64,000 nucleotides of DNA, taken from an uncultured delta proteobacterium. GTDB taxonomy: Bacteria > Desulfobacterota > Desulfobacteria > Desulfobacterales > B30-G6. The stretch lies in NCBI GenBank assembly GCA_963823335.1, contig CAWGLD010000004.1, positions 494,817 through 558,816 on the forward strand, in the 5' to 3' direction. Shown here in pieces: positions 9,701 to 21,274 of this stretch. The position numbers and the translations under genes are program-made. Under the pieces are notes generated by a model, which did no database searches, was not told the origin of the DNA, and saw only the letters and a program-made list of their open reading frames with translations. Each line of letters opens with the position of its first letter. Position 1 is the stretch's first letter.

Positions 9701-9989
9701 GATATAGATCTTGAACAGTGGTTTCTGCCATTGTAGAAATGACTGATTAAAAGTAGCGGTATGTGTAGGATGCCGGTCTCGCCGAAAATAAGATCGGGTA
9801 AAAAATACTCGAATTGAAACCTATATTAAGTAGCACGATCACCGCAGGATGACAATCCGTCATTGTTTGAACCAAAAACGGGCAACGACCCGCTTAACCA
9901 AATATCAATTGACAGTGAACCGTGCATTTCTGTAACGTGGCGAACAATATCACTGAAAAAACATCTTTTTATGGTGTTCGACTATTTTT

Positions 9990-12900
9990 ATGAAAACAAG
10001 GTCAAAAATAACCCTAATTTCCATCGGTGTGCTCGCCTCATGCCTGCTGGTATTGGCAGTCAGTCTCTCTATCTTTGTCAACACCGATCAATTCCGAAAT
10101 ATCCTTTTGAATAAAATCAACCCTTCCATTGCCGGAAATCTGACCGTGGGCGGCCATGATATTTCACTTCTGAAAGGCAAAATCGCCCTTCAGAACCTTA
10201 CGCTCGAAAACCCCCCGGGAAACCGCCTTGCAGCCCTGGAGTATCTGATGGCGGATATCGCATTTTTGCCCCTTCTGACCCGAACCCTTGTCATTGAAAC
10301 ACTCACCTTAAAAAAACCGGAGATCCGGGTTAAAATCGATAAAGACGGGGTTGTGGATATCGTCGAGGCCTTCAACGCCTCTCCACCGGTAAAAAAGGTA
10401 CAGACCCAGGAGGAGTCGAGCACCCCGTTTAATGTGATCGCAGAGAAAATCTGGATTACAGACGGCGATTGTAACATCACCTCCATACCAGACAATCTTC
10501 AAATGGACCTGAATCGGATAACTGTTCAGGCCACAGCGGATCTTTTTAAAAAAGCAGGCCAGATCGACATCAGGGTTGAGGACACTGCCCTCGCATATGA
10601 TACACGCCACATGAAAATCAGCCCTGTCACATTATCTGTTCTGCTGACGAAAGATCAGTCCGCGTCCGTGGCATTCAAAGCCAAAACCGATTTTGCAGAG
10701 ATCGCATTGACTGGTGAGGTGGGCCAGGTACTTCACAATCCGGATTTGAATCTCGATCTGACCTTTGATGTTTCACTTTCCGAATTGAAAAACCTGCTGC
10801 CCTTGCCGGCTGTGTTTTCGGGGAAAACAAACGGCGTGTTGACCGTTCGGGGCGACTGGCGTAATCCAGAAGCGGATCTGCGTCTGCAGTACAGTGGCGG
10901 TTCTCTGGCAGGGTATCCTGTGGATGGATTGCATACAGACCTGCGATTGAAGGACAGACAGCTTCTTGTGCAGCAACTTCAGATCCTGGCAGGCAACGGT
11001 GAAATCAGTCTTGCCGGCAATATAGACCTGCAGGAAGTATTTCCGGAGGGTCTGGTTTCTTCACGGATACAGCCCCATAAAGTCCGTTATGCCCTGGATG
11101 CAGGTCTGAAACATATCGATGTCGCCTTCCTGGATAAAGACACCCTTGGCGTCAAAGGTTTTTTGAATTCCACGACAGCGTTTCAAGGAGCAGGAATCGA
11201 CTTCAACACGCTGTCGATAGCCGCCAGCATGGATGCTGTACTGGAAAAATTCTTTCTGGAAGGGATGCAACACCCCATTGATCTGAAAATGCATGCATCG
11301 GGAAAAATGGAAGACGGCGTCATCGATTCAAAACAGGTAACCATCGTTGCCGCAGGCACCCGTTTGAATGCCAGTGGCATGCTTGATCTGCCATCCGCTC
11401 ACATCCAGGCGCAATTGACCGCCGACACAGAAAACATCGAAAATCCACTGTCCCTGCTCGGTATGACCGGAAATTCAGGGGTTTGTGCCATGAAAGCAGA
11501 TGTGTCCGGTTCCTGGGAGCAGCCGGTCGTCGGGCTTGAAATAAATGCAAAGAAAATGCAGTTCAACGGTCTGCGCCTGGGGGATGTCGATCTGGCAGCG
11601 AACATGGATCAAAACGGTCTTATTAAGATTCTTTCCTTGAAACTTGACAATCAGGGGACGCAGGCCCAGGGAAACGGAACAATCCAACTGCTCAAGGATA
11701 AATTTCAGCTTCACGAAACCATGCCCCTCAAAGCCGAATTGAAAATCGCCAATGCGCAGGCACGTGATTTTTTAGATGACGTGCCCGTCAACGGCTCTTT
11801 CGAAGGAGAGATGCAGGTTCATGGAAACGTTCGTTCGCTTCAGGCTTCGACAGTTTTGAGCGGAAAAGATGTCGCCTATGAAAAAATATTTTTGGGGGAT
11901 GTGGACACGAATCTACGGTTTTTTAACGGGAAAGTCCTTCTGGATCAATTGCGGATCAAAAACCAGACCGCTGCATGCTCTCTGAATGGCGACATACAGG
12001 TTTTCGAGCCCAATTCATGGCATCGGCTGTCAGACCCTGTTTTGAATCTGGATTTGAAAGCGGAGACACCATCCATTGCAGCGTACATTCCCGACATCGA
12101 GGGAAATCTGTATCTTGACGCGCATCTTGATGGGCCTGTATCCCGCCTGCAGGGAAGAGGATCTGTCAAAGGGGATCAACTTGACTTTTCGGGACAGTCT
12201 GTGGAAAAGGTGACGCTGGATATTGAACTGAAGGACAATCGTCTGCATGTGCAGCCTTTGAAGGTGGTTTTCGAAGCGGAAAGTGTCGTGACTGGATCCG
12301 GCTGGATCGGTTTCGACGGGGATTTTGCCTTGGATCTTCATTCAACGGACTTGCTGCTCAACAGCATCGGCAAGATAAAAGAGACGGGAATGGTCGAGGG
12401 TAAAATGGATTTCCATGTTCGGGGGGAAGGCAACGTCAAAAGTCCATCCATTTACGGCGATATCCATGCCAAAGAGGTTCTGGTCAATAATCAGAAAACG
12501 GATGACTTCGATTTTCAAGTCACGCTGGTTGACAACCAGGTATCCATCAAGGGACGTCAAACCTTTGAACTCAACCTTGTTTACCATCTGCTGAACAAGA
12601 ATTATTCCATCAATCTTTTCTTTGCAGATACGAACACCTCACCCTTATTTCTCATAATCGGTAAAAAGGATATTGGTGGGAAGCTGAGTGGAGAGCTGGT
12701 AGCCCAGGGAAACATGGCGTCTCTCGAAAAAAGCGAAGCCTCTCTGGACATTTCAAGCCTGTCTTTGACCTATCTGGGTGTATCTTTTGTCAAGGCAAAC
12801 CGCATTCAGGGAAATCTGAAAGATCAACAGCTGACACTTCCTGAATTCCATCTGAACTTCCTGGAATCAGGCGAACTGAAGGTAAAAGGATCCGGAACGT

Positions 12901-14207
12901 TAGATGGCTATTTTGATATGGCAGTTGACGGTAATGTCCCGACGGAAGCCGCCGTGTTGTTGTTACAGGATCTCACGGATATGAAAGGCCATATAAGCAT
13001 CCATGCCGAAATTAAAGGAACTGTCTCGGAACCCGATTTGTCAGCAGAAATTGTTTTTCACGATGTGGGGTACACGCTGCCGCAAATAGATCCCACCTTT
13101 AAAGAGATAAATGGAAATCTCAAATTGACGCCTTCCCACCTGTTGCTCGAAGACATAAGCGGAAAGATCGATTCAGGGAGGTTCCAGTTCAACGGAGAGG
13201 TGGCGCTGGAAAATTTTCGCCCCGGTCGCATTCGACTCGACTTGACAATCAATAATATGCCCATCACCGTTCCAGGAACGATGGATGTTTTGATCAATAC
13301 GGATCTGTCAGCTTCGGGAACAATGGAAAACATCCTTTTAGAAGGTGATCTCGTCCTAGGTGAGGGCGTATATTATAAGAAAGTACAAACGAGCCTGCTC
13401 GAGAGCATGAAAGAACAAACCCGGACCATAGAAGTGCCCGCGAATAAAAGGAAGTCCTTTCTTTTCGACAACATCTCCTACAATATCAGGCTGAAATATC
13501 GCGAGCCATTTATCGTGGACAACGATATTGCCTATCTGGAAATTCATCCCGATCTGACCCTCTCCGGAACGTTGAACGACCCTGTCATCACCGGCGCAGC
13601 AAAAGTTCACGAGGGAACCATTACCTTTCAAAACAAATCTTTTGTCGTCGAAAGAGGCATCGTCAATTTTTTGAATCCCTACAAAATTGCGCCGGAGGTC
13701 GATATCGTGGGCAGTATAAATATACGGCAATGGCATATTTCCCTGATGGTGTACGGACCGCCAAACAAACTCGTGGTGGAACTGTCGTCCACACCATCGG
13801 AGGAGGATGCCGACATACTTTCGCTGCTCGTTTTCGGGAAAACCACCTATGAAATGAGAAGCGGCGGTGACGCGGATGCGGACTCTACCGAAGCACTTCT
13901 GGCGCAACTGGTAGCGACATCGTTCGGAGGGGACATCAAAAAAACCACCGGACTGGACTACCTGGAAGTTAATACCGAGGAGGGTAGAACGGAAAGTGAT
14001 CCAAATATCATTAACGTGACGGTGGGAAAAGACCTTACCGATCGGATGGCCGTAAAATATACCATCGGGTCGGGAAGTGGCGAATATCAACAACGCGCCT
14101 CCACAGAATACAAACTTATCGAATACATTATACTGAGCGGATTTCAGAGTATTGAAGGAAGTTACGGTGGTGAAATTATTTTCAGGATCGAGTTCCGTTT
14201 GTTTTAG
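9990..14207 (+). CDS. tamB: TamB / AsmA-like translocation and assembly protein (DUF490 C-terminus)
   Basis: N-terminal TM anchor, long beta-rich body, C-terminal LSSTP..DILSLLVFG..VGKDL. Adjacent to an Omp85 gene. Confidence 0.85.
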   Translation: MKTRSKITLISIGVLASCLLVLAVSLSIFVNTDQFRNILLNKINPSIAGNLTVGGHDISLLKGKIALQNLTLENPPGNRLAALEYLMADIAFLPLLTRTLVIETLTLKKPEIRVKIDKDGVVDIVEAFNASPPVKKVQTQEESSTPFNVIAEKIWITDGDCNITSIPDNLQMDLNRITVQATADLFKKAGQIDIRVEDTALAYDTRHMKISPVTLSVLLTKDQSASVAFKAKTDFAEIALTGEVGQVLHNPDLNLDLTFDVSLSELKNLLPLPAVFSGKTNGVLTVRGDWRNPEADLRLQYSGGSLAGYPVDGLHTDLRLKDRQLLVQQLQILAGNGEISLAGNIDLQEVFPEGLVSSRIQPHKVRYALDAGLKHIDVAFLDKDTLGVKGFLNSTTAFQGAGIDFNTLSIAASMDAVLEKFFLEGMQHPIDLKMHASGKMEDGVIDSKQVTIVAAGTRLNASGMLDLPSAHIQAQLTADTENIENPLSLLGMTGNSGVCAMKADVSGSWEQPVVGLEINAKKMQFNGLRLGDVDLAANMDQNGLIKILSLKLDNQGTQAQGNGTIQLLKDKFQLHETMPLKAELKIANAQARDFLDDVPVNGSFEGEMQVHGNVRSLQASTVLSGKDVAYEKIFLGDVDTNLRFFNGKVLLDQLRIKNQTAACSLNGDIQVFEPNSWHRLSDPVLNLDLKAETPSIAAYIPDIEGNLYLDAHLDGPVSRLQGRGSVKGDQLDFSGQSVEKVTLDIELKDNRLHVQPLKVVFEAESVVTGSGWIGFDGDFALDLHSTDLLLNSIGKIKETGMVEGKMDFHVRGEGNVKSPSIYGDIHAKEVLVNNQKTDDFDFQVTLVDNQVSIKGRQTFELNLVYHLLNKNYSINLFFADTNTSPLFLIIGKKDIGGKLSGELVAQGNMASLEKSEASLDISSLSLTYLGVSFVKANRIQGNLKDQQLTLPEFHLNFLESGELKVKGSGTLDGYFDMAVDGNVPTEAAVLLLQDLTDMKGHISIHAEIKGTVSEPDLSAEIVFHDVGYTLPQIDPTFKEINGNLKLTPSHLLLEDISGKIDSGRFQFNGEVALENFRPGRIRLDLTINNMPITVPGTMDVLINTDLSASGTMENILLEGDLVLGEGVYYKKVQTSLLESMKEQTRTIEVPANKRKSFLFDNISYNIRLKYREPFIVDNDIAYLEIHPDLTLSGTLNDPVITGAAKVHEGTITFQNKSFVVERGIVNFLNPYKIAPEVDIVGSINIRQWHISLMVYGPPNKLVVELSSTPSEEDADILSLLVFGKTTYEMRSGGDADADSTEALLAQLVATSFGGDIKKTTGLDYLEVNTEEGRTESDPNIINVTVGKDLTDRMAVKYTIGSGSGEYQQRASTEYKLIEYIILSGFQSIEGSYGGEIIFRIEFRLF

Positions 14208-16962
14208 CGGCATTTTGCTGCTGCTCCTGGTGTCATTCTGTGGACAGGCTTCTGCGGCGACACTTCCGGAATCACACTACGAGAATTCTCTGATCTGGGA
14301 TATCCGGGTTGATGTCAAAGATTCCTACGGGAGTGAACAGCAATGGATCGATATGGTACAGTCTGTTGCCTCAACGTATATCAAGAAAGGAGACCAGTTT
14401 TCAAGTTTCGAAGTGACGCGTCTGGCGGACGCCCTAAAAGCCTGTCGAAGATTTCGATCCATCCACCTGGACACTGAAATGACCGAAGCCGGCCTTTTAC
14501 TCCTAATCACCGTGACTCCTTTCAGGCTGATCAAAGATATCCGTATCCGAGGCAAATATCCCCTGTTTGAAAAACAAATACAAAATGTCATGACGATCTA
14601 TCCCGGAGATGCCTTTAATGCGGAAGAAGTTCACAAACAACCTGAGTTGATTGCCGAATTATACCGCAGCTACGGATATATCGCCCCGAAGATCACGATC
14701 GAAAGCACCCGGGACCTTCACAACAGTCATTATTTTCTTGTTGTTTTGATTCAAAAAGGAAAGCCGTATCGACTGCGCCGGTTCGAAATGACAGGCAACA
14801 CAGCTTTCCAGACATCCGAATTGAGATGGAAAATGAAATCCGTGAGAAGTACCACCGAAAATTTTTCTGAAAAATTATTTTTAGAGGACCTGAAGAAATT
14901 AACAGCCTTTTACTGGGCTCAGCGGTTTCCGGATATTATGATCAAACATCAACTAGAAAAAAACCCACAGACAGGGGAAGTCGAAATCCAGATAGCCGTC
15001 GATGAAGGGCCTCGTTACGATGTTTCATTTGTCGGTAACACGGCCTTTGGAAACAGAGCCCTTAAAAAAGAACTCGCTCTTTTCAAATCAGGAAACCGGC
15101 GTGGTACTGGGTTGAGAAAAAGCATCCGCAACATAAATGAAAAATACCACAAGGCGGGTTATGCCGATATGACCGTCAAAGTAGAAACCGACACGGCAGT
15201 GGAGGAAACCATCTCTGTCCAGAAACTCCGTTTTATTATCGACGAGGGCATGCGCTCCATTGTCCGGAAAATCGTTATCGACGGCAACGCCTTCTTCAGC
15301 GAGAAGACGCTGAAAAAGCAGATGCTGACCCGTCCTCCCGGCTGGATGCATGACGGCGAATATGTTGCCGAAAGGCTTGACGAAGATATTCTGGCCATAG
15401 AAAACCTGTATCACGGAAACGGGTATCTGGATGTCGACGTGGAAAAAACGGTCGATTTCTCCCCTGAGCAGGAAGGTGGGGTGGTCGCGCTGAAAATTCA
15501 TGAGGGGCAGCAGACCCGTGTATCCCGTGTGGCACTGGAAGGATTGACGGCCGTTCCGGAAGCGATGGTCATAAATAATATGCAGATTCAGCCAGGTCAG
15601 CCGTTTAACCACAGCAAGCTGAACAACGATGAAAAACGAATCGCCATGGTGATTTCCGAAAAGGGATATCCCTATGTAAAGGTTTCAGGCGATGCAACTT
15701 TCAATGAAGACCGGACAAAAGCCGAAGTTGTATTCAAGGTACGGCAGAACGCATATGTCAAGAGCGGCAACACCTTCCATACGGGGAATTTTCATACCAA
15801 GGAGAAAGTCCTCGACCGGGAAATGGTCATGAAACCCGGAGATCCGTTTTCATTGAAAAAAATGGCCGAGGGTCAGAAAAACATCCGCTCCATGAACATC
15901 TTCCGCTCGGTTGCATTTCATCCCGTGGGCTTGAAGGAGGAAGCCGAAACCATCCATCTTTTCACGGAAGTGGAAGAAGAAAAACCCTTATACTTCGAGG
16001 TGACTGGCGGGTATGACTCGGAAAAGGGCTTAAACACAACCAGCACCATTGGGGATCATAATTTTTTGGGGTCCAACAAGGACTTTAAAATCGGCGGTGA
16101 ACTCAGTAAAACAGGTTATAAAGGAGAATCGCGACTTTTTGAACCCAGGTTTTTAGGTACGCGGATATCGTCTGATCTGGGTGTATACTTTGAGCGCAGC
16201 GAACCCTTTAACCAGAATTTCGGTACAGACAAAATTGGGACCGATCTGCAGTTTTCACGAAAATGGAAAAAAAACATCAAGCTGGGGCTTGGTTTCAACT
16301 ACGAGAGACGGGAACAGTACCCCAGGGGTCGTGATGTGGATGAAGACGATGTATTTGACCTCAGAAGTATCCTGTCGGTGACACCTTCCATCAGGTTTGA
16401 CAGCCGGGATAATTTTTTGAATCCAAAAAATGGTGTCTATTGGCTGTTGGAGACCGGTGTGTATAAGGGGATTGAGAACTCTCTGGATGACTTTTACAAA
16501 ACGCGTTTCGACCTGAGGGCATATGTAACACCCATTAATCGATTGACGTTTGCCGGTCGTGGCAGTGTCGGTAAAATAAATCCCTATGGTTCCAAGGGGA
16601 GGATACCGGATGACCAGTTGTTTTTTCTGGGCGGTACAACCACTGTCCGGGGGTTCGATGAAAACCAGCTTTTAACAGATTATGACAATGACCCTGTGGG
16701 GGGGAAATTGATGTTCCTGGGAAATGCAGAGACGAGAATCGATCTTGGTTCGAATTTCGAACTTTCCTTTTTTTACGACATCGGGAATCTCGGCAAGACC
16801 TCCGGTGACGAAAGGTCTGACAAGATCCGTTCTTCAACGGGAGTCGGCCTCCGGTATGTTACACCGGTTGGAGCCGTCGGGTTGGTCTATGGATACAAAA
16901 TCAACCCTGAACCGTACGAGAGTTCCGGTAAATTTCATTTCTCCATCGGCTATACCTTTTAG
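14152..16962 (+). CDS. Omp85-family (BamA/TamA-like) outer-membrane protein with multiple POTRA domains
   Basis: Repeated POTRA motifs (Y..GY, EG, I.GN), FFLGG..TVRGF, terminal FSIGYTF. Confidence 0.88.
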   Translation: MKEVTVVKLFSGSSSVCFSGILLLLLVSFCGQASAATLPESHYENSLIWDIRVDVKDSYGSEQQWIDMVQSVASTYIKKGDQFSSFEVTRLADALKACRRFRSIHLDTEMTEAGLLLLITVTPFRLIKDIRIRGKYPLFEKQIQNVMTIYPGDAFNAEEVHKQPELIAELYRSYGYIAPKITIESTRDLHNSHYFLVVLIQKGKPYRLRRFEMTGNTAFQTSELRWKMKSVRSTTENFSEKLFLEDLKKLTAFYWAQRFPDIMIKHQLEKNPQTGEVEIQIAVDEGPRYDVSFVGNTAFGNRALKKELALFKSGNRRGTGLRKSIRNINEKYHKAGYADMTVKVETDTAVEETISVQKLRFIIDEGMRSIVRKIVIDGNAFFSEKTLKKQMLTRPPGWMHDGEYVAERLDEDILAIENLYHGNGYLDVDVEKTVDFSPEQEGGVVALKIHEGQQTRVSRVALEGLTAVPEAMVINNMQIQPGQPFNHSKLNNDEKRIAMVISEKGYPYVKVSGDATFNEDRTKAEVVFKVRQNAYVKSGNTFHTGNFHTKEKVLDREMVMKPGDPFSLKKMAEGQKNIRSMNIFRSVAFHPVGLKEEAETIHLFTEVEEEKPLYFEVTGGYDSEKGLNTTSTIGDHNFLGSNKDFKIGGELSKTGYKGESRLFEPRFLGTRISSDLGVYFERSEPFNQNFGTDKIGTDLQFSRKWKKNIKLGLGFNYERREQYPRGRDVDEDDVFDLRSILSVTPSIRFDSRDNFLNPKNGVYWLLETGVYKGIENSLDDFYKTRFDLRAYVTPINRLTFAGRGSVGKINPYGSKGRIPDDQLFFLGGTTTVRGFDENQLLTDYDNDPVGGKLMFLGNAETRIDLGSNFELSFFYDIGNLGKTSGDERSDKIRSSTGVGLRYVTPVGAVGLVYGYKINPEPYESSGKFHFSIGYTF

Positions 16963-18122
16963 GGTTGATAATCTTTGAGAAATAATGCCACGACAATACC
17001 GCCGGCAGATATCAACAAACTGCCGATGACGAACACATGCGAAAGACCAAACATATCAAGGATGATCCCCGAAAGGATGGGGGACACAATCATACCCAGA
17101 CTCCAGGCGGCATCGGTTAAACTCATCAGAGATGCCATACCCATGGTGCGCCCGAGTTTTGCGGTAATGACAAGCCCACCAGGCAATGAGACACCATTGG
17201 CCATGCCCATAAGAATATTCAGCAAAAGAATCATTAAAAAGCCCTCAACAAACGGCATCCCCAATACCGTCATCCCCGAGGCAAGCGTGCCCAGAATGAT
17301 AAGATACTTCGGGTTGACCCGGTCGGCCAGGGCGCCACAGGTGCGCTGGAGAAATGCAATCAGAAAAATATTGGCTCCTAAAATGATACCGACCTGGGAG
17401 CTTGTCAGCTCAAGCTGAAGCGCAAGGATCGGCAGAAAAGTATACACCGCACCCTGCCCGGAGGCGGTTAAAAACCGCATCAGAAAAATTCCCAGAACCA
17501 CGCGATGGCTCAACATTTTTCTGATTGAATAACGGTTTCGACTTTCTCCTGCCCCCTGCCGTTGTCGATCGGAAGGTATAAAAATGATAACCAGCAGACA
17601 GGTTAAAAGTGCCAGGACACCCATGGCATAAAAAGCAGCATCCATCCCGAAATGATCACGAATAGTGCCCCCAAGCACAGGCCCGATACCAAGACCGAGC
17701 ATAACCGCCATATTCAGGGTGCCCATATACAGACCGAGTTTTTGTACCGGTGCGATATCAGCTGCAAGAGCCATGGCGATGGGTACCACAAGAACGGATG
17801 CCAGGCCATGTAGAAAACGCACCAATATAAGTGTTTCGGCATGTTCAGGCAACACGTACAACACCGAGACACCGGCATAGACAAAAAGCCCGGCCACCAT
17901 GAACTTCTTTCGCCCCCACCGGTCGGAAAGCTGTCCTGCAAGTGGATTGAAAAGAGTTTTGGAAACATTGAAGCCGGCAATAATCAACCCAACCAGAACC
18001 CCCCCGGCGCCGAGATCCACAGCGTATACCGGTATGAGTGGCCAGATGATGCCGAGTCCGATCATGGCAACGCCGACTGACAATGAGAGAAGGAACAAGG
18101 TGCCGGAAGAAGATTGATTCAT
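16959..18122 (-). CDS. MFS transporter (DHA1-like)
   Basis: GQLSDRWGRK motif A and about 12 TM segments. Confidence 0.9.
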   Translation of the reverse strand: MNQSSSGTLFLLSLSVGVAMIGLGIIWPLIPVYAVDLGAGGVLVGLIIAGFNVSKTLFNPLAGQLSDRWGRKKFMVAGLFVYAGVSVLYVLPEHAETLILVRFLHGLASVLVVPIAMALAADIAPVQKLGLYMGTLNMAVMLGLGIGPVLGGTIRDHFGMDAAFYAMGVLALLTCLLVIIFIPSDRQRQGAGESRNRYSIRKMLSHRVVLGIFLMRFLTASGQGAVYTFLPILALQLELTSSQVGIILGANIFLIAFLQRTCGALADRVNPKYLIILGTLASGMTVLGMPFVEGFLMILLLNILMGMANGVSLPGGLVITAKLGRTMGMASLMSLTDAAWSLGMIVSPILSGIILDMFGLSHVFVIGSLLISAGGIVVALFLKDYQP

Positions 18123-18396
18123 GGTTTCCGTTTTATGCCGCTTGTCATAATAATGTTCCGAAAATAAGATGGCGGCATAAGGGGTTGTAGCAGAAAAAAG
18201 GTCCTCAATCGGAACGTTTTTCTGACAACCCCTATATATCGGGTTTTAGAAAATATGGGAACATCTTTTCGAAATAGCCGGAATGTTCTTTTGGCAGATG
18301 TGGAAATACACGAAAAAATCAGAGGAAGGGTGTTCAATTGGAAAACTGTCTGAGTTAGCAAATTGTCTTTTCTGAAGATTGTATCGCGTCCGTTGA

Positions 18397-18993
18397 TCAA
18401 GAAAATATTTTCTCAATTTCCTTGCGACGAAGATCCGCGACACCCAACTCCATCCTGTCGATTATATAGCGAAGATCCTGCGGGACTCCCTCTATGTCCG
18501 GTAATAATGACAGGTTGAAGGCATTTTCAGTTAGATTGAGCTTGTTGCAGAACAGCAGATAATTTAATTTGGTCCTGTAATGGGCCCGTATCATTTCCTT
18601 ATAGCTATTTCCAGATACAGCGAGCATAGAGCGGTAGTGGTCAACCAGGAGCGACATCCAATCACGGTATAAGCGCCGGGCCTCAGCAGGAATAGTGTCG
18701 GCCTTCTCCACCAGGCGATCAATCTCAGGAAGGTTGCCACTCAGTTCAGCTTCAAATGCTGTGTTCAGGGCACGGCGTCTGGAGATGAGATAGTTCTCTT
18801 CGAAACTTTTCAGTCCATTGGAGTATTGTTTGATCTTCCAGGCATAAAAAACAAAAAATATCGGGATAAGTATCATCCACACAGCAGGAACAGGCTTTTC
18901 GATTACCCGCCTGGCAAGTTGCCTGGCCATAAATTCTTCATTGTCGAAAATCTGTCTTTTCTTATCTTCCATGGAGAGATTGCTCAACTTCAC
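18397..18993 (-). CDS. Conserved hypothetical protein (NF038143-like, accompanies YeiH-family transporters)
   Basis: VIEKP..VWMILIPIFFVFY motif. Last gene of the operon. Family name is from recall. Confidence 0.65.
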   Translation of the reverse strand: MKLSNLSMEDKKRQIFDNEEFMARQLARRVIEKPVPAVWMILIPIFFVFYAWKIKQYSNGLKSFEENYLISRRRALNTAFEAELSGNLPEIDRLVEKADTIPAEARRLYRDWMSLLVDHYRSMLAVSGNSYKEMIRAHYRTKLNYLLFCNKLNLTENAFNLSLLPDIEGVPQDLRYIIDRMELGVADLRRKEIEKIFS

Positions 18994-19079
18994 GACCTCT
19001 GGTACTGGCTGTTTTGTCTGCTATAAGTCGATTGGCGACGGACAGGCCATCCTACAAGACAAAGGAGATCACCCGTTGC

Positions 19080-19322
19080 TTACTTGGTATTGAGGACTGA
19101 ATCCAGATACTGTTCGGCCTCTTTTACCTGTTCGACATCCGTATAATAGTAACGGGTAGGATCAATTCCATTCTCATCGAGATAAGCGGACATGCTGCTC
19201 AGGATGGCGAACGAATCGGTCAAAAAAGGCAGGAAGACATAGACAAACAACAATACACCACCGAGGAGAACGATAAAAGTACGGAATCGATGGAGCAGGC
19301 TTTTGTCGATTATAGTTTCCAT
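19080..19322 (-). CDS. Small membrane protein
   Basis: METIIDKS.., one TM segment, ENGIDPTRYYYTDVE. Lies within the operon. Confidence 0.6.
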   Translation of the reverse strand: METIIDKSLLHRFRTFIVLLGGVLLFVYVFLPFLTDSFAILSSMSAYLDENGIDPTRYYYTDVEQVKEAEQYLDSVLNTK

Positions 19323-19377
19323 GTTTTTCGGGTGAACCGGGGGGAGCCCCCCCGGTTCGCTCCTTTGTAGATTGATA

Positions 19378-21147
19378 TTAGATTTTGGCGGTAATTTCCG
19401 GGAACACCAGATAAAACATGATATACGCCATGACGAGTGTGAGAACCAGGTTGAAGCTCTGACCACAGACATAAAGAATCAATGGCTTTCCACCTTTGAA
19501 ATACTTGGCAAGTTCCCGGAAATTGGTGGAAAGACCGATTGCAGCGAACGACAGGGCAAAGAACCAGCCGCGCAACAGGCGGGTACCGCCACGGACTGCA
19601 CCCTGGTCTATAAGAGCGCCACTCATCTCCTTACCAAGATTACTATCCAGCATTGAGAACACAATGGATGCGGCAAGAAAGCCGAGGACGAATTTTGGGA
19701 AACGATGCCAAATTTCGCCAGCGCCGACCGTTCTTTTGTCTGTGCCGTTCTGTTCCACCTTCATGCACCAGTAGAGTGCCACACAGAAGGCGGTGACACC
19801 GATCATGACGTTCTGGATCATTTTGATGGTTGCCGCTACATACAGGGCTTTTTCACCTAGAAAGGCTCCTGCTGCCGCAACAGCTCCAGTGGCGTCGATT
19901 GTTCCACCCATCCAGGCACCCCCCAGAATCTCCGGCATACCGACGGATTTAATAAAGGCCGGCATGGCAATCATCATGATCGCCGTAAAGACCAGGGACA
20001 GGCCGATGGACAAGGTCAGCTCTTCTTTCTTTGCCCTACAGGCTGCGGCAGTAGCGATCGCAGCTGAGGTTCCGCAGACCGACATGTCAGCGGAGATAAC
20101 GATATTGAGCGTCTTTGAGGGCATTTTAATGACGGTCTGCCCGAAAATATAGGTCAAGATCAGAACGGTCGGGGTAACCACCCAGGCCACGAAAATTCCC
20201 GGAATACCGATGGACATAATTTTACTGAAAAGCACCTCCGCACCAAGCAGCACAAGACCTGTTTTAATGAAGAATTCCACCTTGCAGGCTGGAAGTACCC
20301 ACTTCGGCGTGCCAATGGAGTTGGCTATAATCATACCGAGAAGAACACCCCAGGCTTCGGCACCGAAGCCGTACTGTTTAGAAATCGCCTGGCCGCCAAG
20401 CAGGTAAGCCAATACAGAAACAAAAAAAACGATGAAGAAACCCTTTCCGAAGCCGGCAACACTCTCACCCATCAGTGCTATGCCGCTACCAAAAAAAACG
20501 ATCATAAAGATGCACAGCCCGATCAGGGTTGGGATGTAGTTGTAGGGCTTATTGCCTGCTTTTGCCTTGGCGGATGCGGATTTTTTCTCGGCTGCACGCC
20601 AGTCGGATATTTTTGCTATGACCTCTTCGTTCAGGGCCTGGTTCTTGAATGCGCCGGCTGCTGCTGCCTCCTCTGCCTGGGTGGCGGCGGCCAGCGCGGC
20701 TGATGCCTTGGCCTTGGCTTCATCATAGGCGGGCATAGCCTTTTCGTTCATTGCTTTGGCTTGGGCATCTGTCCGGATGAAGGCATCTACCGGGTTTGTT
20801 TTCCAACTGCCGGGGGACTTTGTCCAGTGGGACAGAAATTTGCCAAAACCAGTGGCACTTGAAGCCTTGAGTTTTTTGGCCTGATCGGCTTGGTACCAGG
20901 CGGTGGTCTTGAAAGGTGCCCTCTCAGCCTCGGTCGCCTGGATCTGCTTTGCCTCATTGATCTTCTGGTCGAATTCCGCCTTTGGCGCAAATCCTAAATA
21001 GGCAATGAGACAGACCACAATGACGAGGAAGCCGAGCCAGATAGCCAGGTAATCCTCCTTGGTCCAGAGATCTGACCAGCGGCTTTGGCCGTGGTCTACA
21101 ACAATGTTTGCATCTGCTTTAGCCATATTTCTTTCCTCCTGTGTCAT
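19378..21147 (-). CDS. YeiH / putative sulfate exporter family transporter
   Basis: EFFIKTGLVLLG, SVCGTSAAIA, GGTIDATGAV, FPKFVLGF. Confidence 0.88.
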   Translation of the reverse strand: MTQEERNMAKADANIVVDHGQSRWSDLWTKEDYLAIWLGFLVIVVCLIAYLGFAPKAEFDQKINEAKQIQATEAERAPFKTTAWYQADQAKKLKASSATGFGKFLSHWTKSPGSWKTNPVDAFIRTDAQAKAMNEKAMPAYDEAKAKASAALAAATQAEEAAAAGAFKNQALNEEVIAKISDWRAAEKKSASAKAKAGNKPYNYIPTLIGLCIFMIVFFGSGIALMGESVAGFGKGFFIVFFVSVLAYLLGGQAISKQYGFGAEAWGVLLGMIIANSIGTPKWVLPACKVEFFIKTGLVLLGAEVLFSKIMSIGIPGIFVAWVVTPTVLILTYIFGQTVIKMPSKTLNIVISADMSVCGTSAAIATAAACRAKKEELTLSIGLSLVFTAIMMIAMPAFIKSVGMPEILGGAWMGGTIDATGAVAAAGAFLGEKALYVAATIKMIQNVMIGVTAFCVALYWCMKVEQNGTDKRTVGAGEIWHRFPKFVLGFLAASIVFSMLDSNLGKEMSGALIDQGAVRGGTRLLRGWFFALSFAAIGLSTNFRELAKYFKGGKPLILYVCGQSFNLVLTLVMAYIMFYLVFPEITAKI

Positions 21148-21257
21148 TTAGTGCCCCGATCGGTCCTGATTGACCTCCGGCGCTTTGGGCCATAAAAACT
21201 ATTTCTTGATTACGCTTATCCATTTAGACAATTGAAAACCAGGAACTAATTATATAA

Positions 21258-21274
21258 TGCAACCGACATGCCAA
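21258..21274 (-). promoter_or_regulatory. Sigma54 -24/-12 promoter
   Basis: Minus strand TTGGCATGTCGGTTGCA, about 110 bp upstream of the transporter and just downstream of a sigma54 activator gene. Confidence 0.8.

Noticed and set aside
13356-14213. 285-aa minus-strand ORF
   Set aside because: Antisense shadow of tamB with no recognisable motifs.
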